NCBI GenBank assembly: GCA_043732485.1 | Contig: JAYTHP010000087.1 | Location: 1 to 35,538 of the forward strand | DNA length: 35,538 nucleotides | Source of the DNA: Oligoflexia bacterium | GTDB lineage: Bacteria; Bdellovibrionota; UBA1018 | Reading direction: 5' to 3' | Part shown: in pieces, positions 18,549 to 26,104 of the stretch | How the letters are laid out: each line of letters starts with the position of its first letter | Position numbering within the stretch: the first letter of the stretch is position 1 | Program-made: the position numbers and the translations under genes | The notes under the pieces: generated by a model | The model's input: the letters and a program-made list of their open reading frames with translations, nothing else | Database searches by the model: none | Told to the model about the DNA's origin: nothing

Positions 18549-19721
18549 GTGACGGCGCCAGCCGTTTGGCTCTGCGCCAACGCCTACTACTTCACTCCTT
18601 TTTTTCCTCGGCCTACCTACAGCTTGAGACGTAATCGTGCCTGCTTACGCTTCATGCTCCTGACGGTTTTTAGTCAAACACTCGGACAATCAATGATAGG
18701 TATTGAAATAGTTTACGCCGCTCGCATTAAAGATGTTGCCAGCGTTAAGGGAGTAAGAGAGAATGATCTTATAGGGTACGGCATCGTGGTCGGCTTAAAA
18801 GGTACCGGAGATTCTAGCAGTGAGACGACCAACCAGTCGCTTGCCATGCTTTACTCGAAGTTAGGCGTAGAGATGAAAAACAGTCCTGCGGTGAAGTCCA
18901 AGAACGTGGCTGCGGTGATTGTGACTGGTAAATTGCCACCTTTTGCTCGGATGGGCTTACACATGGACGTGACGGTGAGCTCTACGGGCGATGCCAGCAG
19001 TTTAGAAGGTGGAGTGTTACTCGTCACACCGCTACGGGCAGGGGATCAGGCGGTGTATGCGGTGGCTCAAGGAATGGTCTCGTTAGGGGCGCTGATTGAC
19101 GGCTCAAGCAAGGGATTCCCGACGGTAGGCCGGGTGATTCGAGGCGCGACGATTGAAAAGGATGTGAGCAACAGTTTTGCCACTAAAAAGAGTTATCGCT
19201 TGATGCTGCATGCCCCAGACTTTACCACGGCGGCCCGCGCCGTGATGCTGATTAACGGGGAACTCGGGGGCAAGTATGCCTCAGCCGGTGATGGTGGAAC
19301 GATTGACGTGATTGTACCCTTTAATTACGAGGGCAATCCGGTGGAATTTTTAGCGCGGATCGAGAATTTAGATCTCTCCGTCGATCGCAAGGCGAAAGTG
19401 GTGCTCAATGAGCGCACCGGAACCGTGGTGATCGGAGAGCATGTCCAGATCTCGCCAGTGGCGCTAGCCCACGGTGATCTGGCCATTGAGATTAAGGGGG
19501 CTCCGAAAGGCAGTAAGCCTGAGCGCTTTTTTGCCCTCAACTGGGGGGATAAAGAGCAGCAGCCGCAGCCGGTCAGTGGCGGTGGTGTCGCTGTGGGAGC
19601 ATCGGTGTCTGATTTAGTGAAGGGACTGAATGCCCTGGGAGTGCAGCCGAAGGATTTGACGGCAATTTTGCAAGCTTTGCGGGAGGCAGGGGCCTTACAA
19701 GCGGTGCTAGAGGTGATCTAG
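18549..19721 (+). CDS. flgI: Flagellar P-ring protein FlgI
   Basis: RIKDVASVKGVRENDLIGYGIVVGLKGTGD, KNVAAV and NERTGTVV. Start uncertain (GTG 18549, TTG 18624 or ATG 18654). Confidence 0.96.
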   Translation: MTAPAVWLCANAYYFTPFFPRPTYSLRRNRACLRFMLLTVFSQTLGQSMIGIEIVYAARIKDVASVKGVRENDLIGYGIVVGLKGTGDSSSETTNQSLAMLYSKLGVEMKNSPAVKSKNVAAVIVTGKLPPFARMGLHMDVTVSSTGDASSLEGGVLLVTPLRAGDQAVYAVAQGMVSLGALIDGSSKGFPTVGRVIRGATIEKDVSNSFATKKSYRLMLHAPDFTTAARAVMLINGELGGKYASAGDGGTIDVIVPFNYEGNPVEFLARIENLDLSVDRKAKVVLNERTGTVVIGEHVQISPVALAHGDLAIEIKGAPKGSKPERFFALNWGDKEQQPQPVSGGGVAVGASVSDLVKGLNALGVQPKDLTAILQALREAGALQAVLEVI

Positions 19722-19769
19722 CACCAGCAAAAAAAATTGGCAAACAGCAAAGCGCTCAGGTGTTTGCTG

Positions 19770-20015
19770 AGCCAGGGACACGACGAGCGAGTGCCTGTGC
19801 AAGGGTGCGTGCGAGTACAGTCAATAGTTTTTCAAAAGTTTGTCAGGAAGACAAGCAACGGAGTAGCGTGTGATCAAGGAAGAGCAACCAGGGTGCGGCA
19901 TCCAGGAAACAAGACTAATGCAGCGGCTTGCCAGGATGGCGGGTTTAAATGTCTTGCTGTCACCCTCCTCGCTTAAGAGCTCGCATGGATGCGAGACGCT
20001 ACGTCAGTTGCTTTT
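19770..20015 (+). ncRNA. Candidate CsrB/RsmZ-like CsrA-binding RNA element (sRNA or long flgJ leader)
   Basis: Seven A(N)GGA motifs, five in hand-identified hairpin loops, e.g. TTGTC-AGGAA-GACAA, GCC-AGGAT-GGC and CTCGC-ATGGAT-GCGAG. Boundaries approximate. Confidence 0.55.
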
Positions 20016-20045
20016 TACCCCCCATCGCACAGCGTGGGTGTCGGT

Positions 20046-20528
20046 ATGAGTACCCCTATCCAGAATGACCTACCTTCACGATTCGCTGAGCGGGATTTTG
20101 CTCCCGCAAACAGACTGCCGCTCGCACCCCCCCAGCGTCAGCACGACCCTGAACTGGTAAAAGCCGCCCAGGGGATGGAAGCCCTTTTCCTCGACTACCT
20201 CATGCAAGTCATGCGGCAAAGCATTCCCAAAAATGAGATGGGCATGAATTCTAACGCCATTGATCTCTATCAGGGCATGCTGGATTCAGAAATGACGCAG
20301 CAAGTGGCCCATCAGCAAGGAGGGGGGCAAGGTAGCGGGAGCAGGCTTGGGCTAGCCGATCAGATTCTCAACTCGCTTGACCCCCTGCCCGAGCCGCTGC
20401 CGCCGACTGATTTTCGCGCTCGCTTGCCCCAGGCTTACCAGAACCAAGCTCAAGAGCGCCAGACCGTGAGCAAGCAGCAGGCAGCTGCAGGCACCGCGAT
20501 CACAGAGAGATCAGATGCAGCAAACTAA
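20046..20528 (+). CDS. flgJ: FlgJ, rod-binding domain only (no muramidase domain)
   Basis: AAQGMEALFLDYLMQVMRQSIP...YQGMLDSEMTQQVA...LGLADQI rod-binding signature. Follows flgI. Confidence 0.88.
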   Translation: MSTPIQNDLPSRFAERDFAPANRLPLAPPQRQHDPELVKAAQGMEALFLDYLMQVMRQSIPKNEMGMNSNAIDLYQGMLDSEMTQQVAHQQGGGQGSGSRLGLADQILNSLDPLPEPLPPTDFRARLPQAYQNQAQERQTVSKQQAAAGTAITERSDAAN

Positions 20529-20779
20529 AATGAGAGGCGATCACACAGGAAGAAAAAGCGGAAAAATCAGGCTCTACGAGGGCGCTCATGAGCAATCAAA
20601 AGATCTACAATCAGGAAAGGTAAACGTAAAAAAGTAGAGTCCGTAAGAAAGGGAGCACAAGGCGACCTAGGAGGCGTCTCACCCCCCCCCCTCTTGCGCA
20701 GTGATCATCCACTAAGGTATAAGAATAGGGGGGGGTCCTGTAAGTTACTCGCCAGAAATTATTTTTCATCAAGGAGGAG

Positions 20780-21196
20780 ATGAGCGCCATGAAAGTAAAC
20801 CCTACGACCACCGCTCCCGTTAACACGACGGGAGCCAAAACTCCCACGCCTGCCGCTGGCGTGAGCAGTACGAAAGACCCGAAAAAAGCCCAAGCAACCC
20901 AGAACGCCAAATCGACGGCTGAAGTCAAAAGAACCGACGCCTCCTCTCCTTCGGCCGTGGTGAAGCTTGGGGCAGACGGCCCCGAAAAGGCGAAAATAGC
21001 CCCGGCCCAGGCCGAAATTTCCAATAAAAGCAGGGAGATGGCCAAAGTCCTGACGACCGCCAACCAAGCCCCCGAAGTGCGGAGCGAAAAAGTGAATGAG
21101 CTGAAGGCTAAGATCAACAGCGGGACCTACGAAGTGGATGCCGATGCGGTGGCTGATCGCCTCGTGGACGACCACCTCAGGCTACCTGGCGCTTGA
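20780..21196 (+). CDS. flgM: Anti-sigma28 factor FlgM
   Basis: PEVRSEKVNELKAKINSGTYEVDADAVADRL motif and a strong AAGGAGG RBS. Confidence 0.93.
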   Translation: MSAMKVNPTTTAPVNTTGAKTPTPAAGVSSTKDPKKAQATQNAKSTAEVKRTDASSPSAVVKLGADGPEKAKIAPAQAEISNKSREMAKVLTTANQAPEVRSEKVNELKAKINSGTYEVDADAVADRLVDDHLRLPGA

Positions 21197-21384
21197 GAGA
21201 CCTGGCGCGCGCGCGCACCTGAACTTTCTCACTCCCCTTGACTGCAAACCCCCTGGTGGTTTGAGCTCGAAGCTGAGCGCGAAGCTTTGGGAAAGAATGA
21301 GTGACAGGCAGGGAGCGGGAGCGCAAAACAGTAAGCGAGATCAAAAGAGTGGAAGAAGAAAAAGAAAGCGGGGGGGGGTGGCGC

Positions 21385-21897
21385 ATGGATGAAGTTGTGA
21401 CTCAAGTCTACCAGCAGCTGCAAAAACTGGTCGGTTTGCACCGGCAAATGCTCGAAGCTATTCGCGCCGAGCGCGAGGCGTTGGTGGATGCTGACTTAGC
21501 AGCGATTCGCTCCGTAACGGGCATCAAACAAACGGTGATTGAGGCCATTCATCAAGCGGAATCAGCGCGCATTAAAGCGGTGGTGGCGTTGGCGTTGGCG
21601 TGGAAGAAAAATTACACCAACCTCACGCTGCCGCAAATCATTATCGAGCTGCAAGGCGACCAGCCAAAAGCGGCCGAGACGCTGCAAGTCACCTTCCAGA
21701 CTTTAAAGATCTTAACTCAGCGGATCGCCTTGCAAAACCAAGACAACGCCGCTTTTGTGGAAAAGTCGCTAGAACACTTAGGAAAAATGAAGAGCAATAT
21801 CTTGGGGGAAACCCAGCAAAAATCCCAAGTCTACAATCAACGAGGTCACCGCCAAGATTCAAGCTCCCTGGCGCGCCTCCTCTCGAAGGAAATCTAA
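21385..21897 (+). CDS. flgN: Flagellar export chaperone FlgN
   Basis: Helical protein with EREALV, QNQDN and a C-terminal YNQRG. Lies between flgM and flgK. Confidence 0.85.
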   Translation: MDEVVTQVYQQLQKLVGLHRQMLEAIRAEREALVDADLAAIRSVTGIKQTVIEAIHQAESARIKAVVALALAWKKNYTNLTLPQIIIELQGDQPKAAETLQVTFQTLKILTQRIALQNQDNAAFVEKSLEHLGKMKSNILGETQQKSQVYNQRGHRQDSSSLARLLSKEI

Positions 21898-21908
21898 AGA
21901 CCAACGCT

Positions 21909-23333
21909 ATGGGTGTCGCCAATATCCTCAATACCGGCAGATCAGGGCTTTTAGCCTCCAAAGTAATGATCGCCACCACTGGTCACAACATTGCTAACGC
22001 CAATACCGAAGGCTACTCCCGGCAACGCGTCCACACTTCACCCACGGAACCCAGCGCCAATTATGGTAAAAACCAGATCGGCACTGGCACCTCGATTAGT
22101 CGCATTGAGCGGGTCAACGACCAGTACTTGGAAAAGCAGATCCGGGAAGGGCAACGCGACTTAGGGTTTTTTGAAGAAAAGGAAGTGGCGCTGCAGCAGA
22201 TCGAAAACATTTTTAACGAAATGAGTGGCGATGGCCTCAATCGCATCATCTCAAAGTTTTTTAATGAATTTCGTAACTTAGCAGAAAACCCCGAAAACCC
22301 GAGCCTGCGCGAAGCCACGAAGGAGTCCAGCCAGGCGATGGTGAATGATTTCCATCGCTTGCGCCAAGAAGTCAGCGAGGTGAGCGAGAATCTCGATCAT
22401 CAGCTAGCAGGCTACATTGAGGATCTCAATACCGGGGCGCAAGAAATTGCCCTACTGAACGTTAAAATCCAGCAACTCCAGCTGACGGACGGCACCCCCA
22501 ACGATTTACTCGACCAACGCGATGCGGCGGCCAAAAAATTAGCAGGTCTGGTAGACATCAAGGTGCACCGTGACAACTCGGGAAACTATAATGTTGATTT
22601 CGCGGGTGGCGGACCGCTGGTGGTCGGGCAGACCGTGGAGCCGCTCAGGGTCGAGCGCACTCCAGAGCGCCTGCAAGACGGCAAGCCAGAAAATGCCCTT
22701 GATATCCGGCACGAAGGTCATCCCCTGTGGCAAGTCACCCACCTCCTCAAAGGCGGCAGAATCGGTGCGGTGGTGGAGGTGCGCGACCACACCGTCTCGC
22801 AACTCACCCAGCATCTTGATCAGCTGGCCTTCACGCTCACGCAGTCCGTCAACGCCACCCACGCGGCAGGGTATACTGCGCAAGGGAAAACGGGGATCCA
22901 TTTCTTCAAAGCGCTTGAGCACACCCAAGGGGCTGCAAGCCAGCTCGAGCTCTCCACGGCCCTCCAACAAAGCTCAAGCAACATTGCAACCGCGCTGTCT
23001 CCTGATGCCCCAGGCGACAACCGCGTGGCGCTTAAGCTTGCTGACTTACAGCATACGAAACTCTTTGCCTCAGAAAGTGCCACCGCCGATCAGCACTATA
23101 ACATGATGGTTACCCAAATCGGGGTCGCTCATCAACGCAACCGCTTTGCCGTGAATCAGCAAAAAGACATCGTGACGCAACTCGGGAAGTTGCGGGAACA
23201 AATTTCTGGGGTCTCCACTGACGAAGAAACCACCAACTTGCTGCAATTCCAGCAGGCGTTTGATGCCTCGGCTAAAGTGATTCAAGTGGCCGATGATTTA
23301 CTAAAAACCGTGCTTTCCCTCAAGCGAGACTAA
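21909..23333 (+). CDS. flgK: Flagellar hook-associated protein FlgK
   Basis: TGHNIANANTEGYSRQR, NDLLDQRD and SGVSTDEETTNLLQFQQAFDASAKVI. True start ATG 21909. Confidence 0.96.
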   Translation: MGVANILNTGRSGLLASKVMIATTGHNIANANTEGYSRQRVHTSPTEPSANYGKNQIGTGTSISRIERVNDQYLEKQIREGQRDLGFFEEKEVALQQIENIFNEMSGDGLNRIISKFFNEFRNLAENPENPSLREATKESSQAMVNDFHRLRQEVSEVSENLDHQLAGYIEDLNTGAQEIALLNVKIQQLQLTDGTPNDLLDQRDAAAKKLAGLVDIKVHRDNSGNYNVDFAGGGPLVVGQTVEPLRVERTPERLQDGKPENALDIRHEGHPLWQVTHLLKGGRIGAVVEVRDHTVSQLTQHLDQLAFTLTQSVNATHAAGYTAQGKTGIHFFKALEHTQGAASQLELSTALQQSSSNIATALSPDAPGDNRVALKLADLQHTKLFASESATADQHYNMMVTQIGVAHQRNRFAVNQQKDIVTQLGKLREQISGVSTDEETTNLLQFQQAFDASAKVIQVADDLLKTVLSLKRD

Positions 23334-23358
23334 GTGAGAGAGACTAAGCGAGAGTAAG
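23324..23358 (+). repeat. Short imperfect triplication of the flgK 3' end (GAGACTAAG x2, GAGAGTAAG)
   Basis: gcgagactaagtgagagagactaagcgagagtaag is read directly. Confidence 0.5.
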
Positions 23359-23393
23359 AGCCGAGAAAACGAGCACCTTAGGGGATCAAGAAA

Positions 23394-24323
23394 ATGCGTG
23401 TGACGGAAAATTCCAATTACGAATCAGTGCGCGGCACCTTACAGCGAGGGCGCGAACGACTGGAAAATCTCCAGACCCAGTCGACCACCTTCAAGAAAAT
23501 CAATACCCCGTCTGACGCCCCCACCAGCGCCGGCCGCCTACTGGAGATGCGCACGCATGCGGTTAACCTCAATCAGTTTCAACTGAACGCTAGCACCGCT
23601 GAATCTTTCCTTAATAACAGTGACGGCGCGCTCGAGGAGCTCTCAGAAATTGTGGTGCGGGCCAAGGAAGTCGCACTCGGACAAGCCAATGCCGCAAGCT
23701 CCACCCAAGAAGCAAGAGTTGCAGTGGCTGAAGAAGTCACGCAACTGATCTCACAAGCCATGGCCGCGGGCAATCGCAGGCTCGGGGATCGTTATCTTTT
23801 TAGCGGCTTTAAGACGCAAACGCCTGCCGTTGATGCCGAAGGGGCTTACTTAGGCGATCAAGGCCAAATGATGCTTGAAATTGCCAACAGCGTCTTCTTG
23901 CAAATGAATATCCCAGGCGATGAAATTTTTAATACCCATCCTACCCGCAGCGATCCCACCTTAGGCATCCCCACAGTCGCCCCGGAAAACGTCAACCTCT
24001 TTGATGAGTTACAAAACTTCCGGATCTCCCTGCTCACCGGGTCCTTGGACGGGATCCGGGACACGCTGGAGAAGTTTGATCAGATTAATTCCAAGATTAT
24101 CTCCGTGCGAGCAAAAATCGGGTCTCGCATTCAAGGCCTGCTGTCGACCCAAGCAGCCCTGGAGAAGACCCATTTAACCGAAAGCGCTCTCAGCTCGGTG
24201 TTAGAAGACGCCGACATGGTGCAGGTGATCAGTGATTTAGGGAAAGAAGAGACGGTCTTTCGCAGTTCGCTTGCCAGCTCCAAAAGACTTTTACAACCGA
24301 CCCTATTAGATTTTCTCAAATAA
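23394..24323 (+). CDS. flgL: Flagellar hook-associated protein FlgL
   Basis: MRVT start, KKINTPSDAP, RYLFSGFK, YLGD, EDADM and C-terminal PTLLDFLK. Confidence 0.95.
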   Translation: MRVTENSNYESVRGTLQRGRERLENLQTQSTTFKKINTPSDAPTSAGRLLEMRTHAVNLNQFQLNASTAESFLNNSDGALEELSEIVVRAKEVALGQANAASSTQEARVAVAEEVTQLISQAMAAGNRRLGDRYLFSGFKTQTPAVDAEGAYLGDQGQMMLEIANSVFLQMNIPGDEIFNTHPTRSDPTLGIPTVAPENVNLFDELQNFRISLLTGSLDGIRDTLEKFDQINSKIISVRAKIGSRIQGLLSTQAALEKTHLTESALSSVLEDADMVQVISDLGKEETVFRSSLASSKRLLQPTLLDFLK

Positions 24324-24519
24324 CATGAAACCCTTGCACGCCCAAGGCTTGCGGAGGGTGAGAAGACGGAGAATCAGGCAAGAAAGACTGCGCAAAGCTG
24401 AAAATTGAGTTGCAAGTCAACCAGACTTAGCCTAATCGTTCTTTCGGTAATGGAATGCTGAGGAGAGACACGGAGGCTTCGGATCGCATGCCGAAGTCGA
24501 GCGGAAGTGGGGCTAAAAC

Positions 24520-24533
24520 AAGATGGAGATCTT
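24520..24533 (+). promoter_or_regulatory. GGA-loop hairpin overlapping the csrA ribosome-binding site
   Basis: AAGAT-GGAG-ATCTT forms a perfect 5-bp stem immediately before the csrA ATG. Confidence 0.5.
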
Positions 24534-24770
24534 ATGTTAGTATTGACCCGAAAATTAGGTGAAAGTATCGCAATTGATGACCATATCAAGGTGGTCGTGG
24601 TCCAAATTAAAGGCAAACAGGTGCGGCTGGGGATTGAGGCACCCAAGGAGACGAAAATCCACCGCGAGGAGGTCTACCTAGCGATTCAGGAGCAAAACCA
24701 TGAGGCTGCCAATGCTCCGGCAAACGTGCCCCGCATTTTAGCGGAAGCCACCGGAGATTTGAAGAATTAA
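24534..24770 (+). CDS. csrA: Carbon storage regulator CsrA
   Basis: [14 protein letters not shown]...[20 protein letters not shown], plus the C-terminal IQEQNHEAA extension typical of FliW-binding CsrA. Confidence 0.97.
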   Translation: MLVLTRKLGESIAIDDHIKVVVVQIKGKQVRLGIEAPKETKIHREEVYLAIQEQNHEAANAPANVPRILAEATGDLKN

Positions 24771-25062
24771 AAAAAACAAGTTAAGCTCACGTAAGAGCCC
24801 AGGGCAATGAGCGGATGCCGGTGGTCATGTATCGGGCGCCGCAGCAACTCGTCGAAAGACATGCCTGCGTTTAAACGACGGATTGAAAAAAAGTACTAGG
24901 AAACTCCCTTGCCGCCAAGCATGATAAAGGAAAGAGCACCCGACGCAAAGGGGGCGCAAGGAAATGAGGCGCAGCCTTAGGGTAAGGCGACGATTCATGT
25001 CACAAAAGGCAGGAACCGCTAAAATCGGGTCGTTTTAAGGTGAAGTCAAGAAGGGATTATGT

Positions 25063-25623
25063 GTGATCATTCAAACAGGACGTTTTGGTGAGATCGACGT
25101 CGAGCCTGAAGCAAGAATTCAGGTCAAACAAGGGTTGCTGGGGTTTCCTAAGCAGACGGAGTTTTGCCTGGTAGATCCACAAGACGAGAATTTTATTATC
25201 TGGTTACAGTCGATGGACCAACCGAAGATTGCCTTCCCGCTGCTTGAGCCGAGATTTTTCCAAAAAAATTACTGCGTCAAACTTTCAGGCGTGGAGTTAA
25301 GAGATTTGCAGCTTGAAGCCATTCACCAAGCTGCGGTTTTTGTCATCTTGACGATTCCTGAGAATATTCAGTTGATGACGGCTAACCTTAAGGCGCCCTT
25401 AGTGATTAACCTCCAAGCGCAGTGCGCCAAGCAGGTGATCTTACAGGAAAATGATTACCCCATTAAGTATCCCATTTTTAAGGAGTTTCGCAGCTATTTA
25501 GGCACCTTGCCTGCCGCAGCTCCCCTGCCTACAGCGAGCGTCGTCCCTTCCCCAGCAACCGCAAGCGTCATTCCGGTGGCGCAGCTCAAGTCCTCTACTG
25601 CCATTAGTAGTTTAGGGCTTTGA
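25063..25623 (+). CDS. fliW: Flagellar assembly factor FliW
   Basis: IQTGRFGEI, GLLGF, WLQS, MTANLKAPLVIN and AKQVIL. Confidence 0.96.
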   Translation: MIIQTGRFGEIDVEPEARIQVKQGLLGFPKQTEFCLVDPQDENFIIWLQSMDQPKIAFPLLEPRFFQKNYCVKLSGVELRDLQLEAIHQAAVFVILTIPENIQLMTANLKAPLVINLQAQCAKQVILQENDYPIKYPIFKEFRSYLGTLPAAAPLPTASVVPSPATASVIPVAQLKSSTAISSLGL

Positions 25624-25977
25624 CCAAAAAGCGTTACCTCCGCCCCCCTCTTCGCTTGGAAGCTTAAGCACCGACTTTGCTTGAAGGCGACTGGTAGAGC
25701 GTTTGGGGGCAAGAAAAGAAAAAAAGGGGGGAGAGGGAAGCCCCGGCTGCAGTAATTAGCCAGCCAGCCAACGGGCTGTGCTCCTGCAGCGCTTGAACGC
25801 TGCAAACCGTGTCAATTGCACTAGGCCTTTGCTCATGTCTTAGCCAGCGGGTCGACTAAGGGGCTGACACGTGCCCGCCTTTGACTCGTCATCACCCACC
25901 ACCCTGCCCCTGAAGCTTCCCGAAAATTCAAAAAACTAGCGTCTCGCGCTTGCAAAAATGTGCCTTCTACCCGCACC

Positions 25978-25993
25978 TGGCATGGGTGTTGCA
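25978..25993 (+). promoter_or_regulatory. Putative sigma54 (-24/-12) promoter
   Basis: TGGCATGGGTGTTGCA: GG-N10-GC with TGGCA and TTGC, about 110 nt upstream of ATG 26105. Confidence 0.7.
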
Positions 25994-26104
25994 GTTTGTC
26001 TGTTGAAGAGTTTCTGTTGCAAAATGCAGCTTGATGTCTATTGCACTCAAAATAAAGCCTCCAGACACTCGCCTGTCGGGACGCAAAAAAAGGAAAACAA
26101 GAGC

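Noticed and set aside
19737..19976. 79-aa ORF in the flgI-flgJ spacer
   Set aside because: TTG start, no RBS and no recognisable domain. The RNA hairpin pattern explains the sequence better.
20611..21175. Antisense ORFs over flgM, and the many other shadow ORFs overlapping core genes
   Set aside because: They are opposite-strand or alternate-frame shadows of well-supported genes, with no motifs of their own.
21600..21908. 103-aa N-terminal extension of FlgK in the ORF track
   Set aside because: It overlaps flgN in another frame. The conserved FlgK N-terminus begins at ATG 21909.
23324..23358. CRISPR-like or mobile-element repeat
   Set aside because: Only 9-nt imperfect units with no spacers. 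No cas, transposase or integrase gene is present in the window.
24840..24950. c-di-GMP-I riboswitch (GCAACTCGTCGAAAGAC and GACGCAAAG resemble its conserved words)
   Set aside because: The two parts are about 80 nt apart instead of adjacent, and I could not build the P1/P3 pairing. An Infernal scan would settle it.
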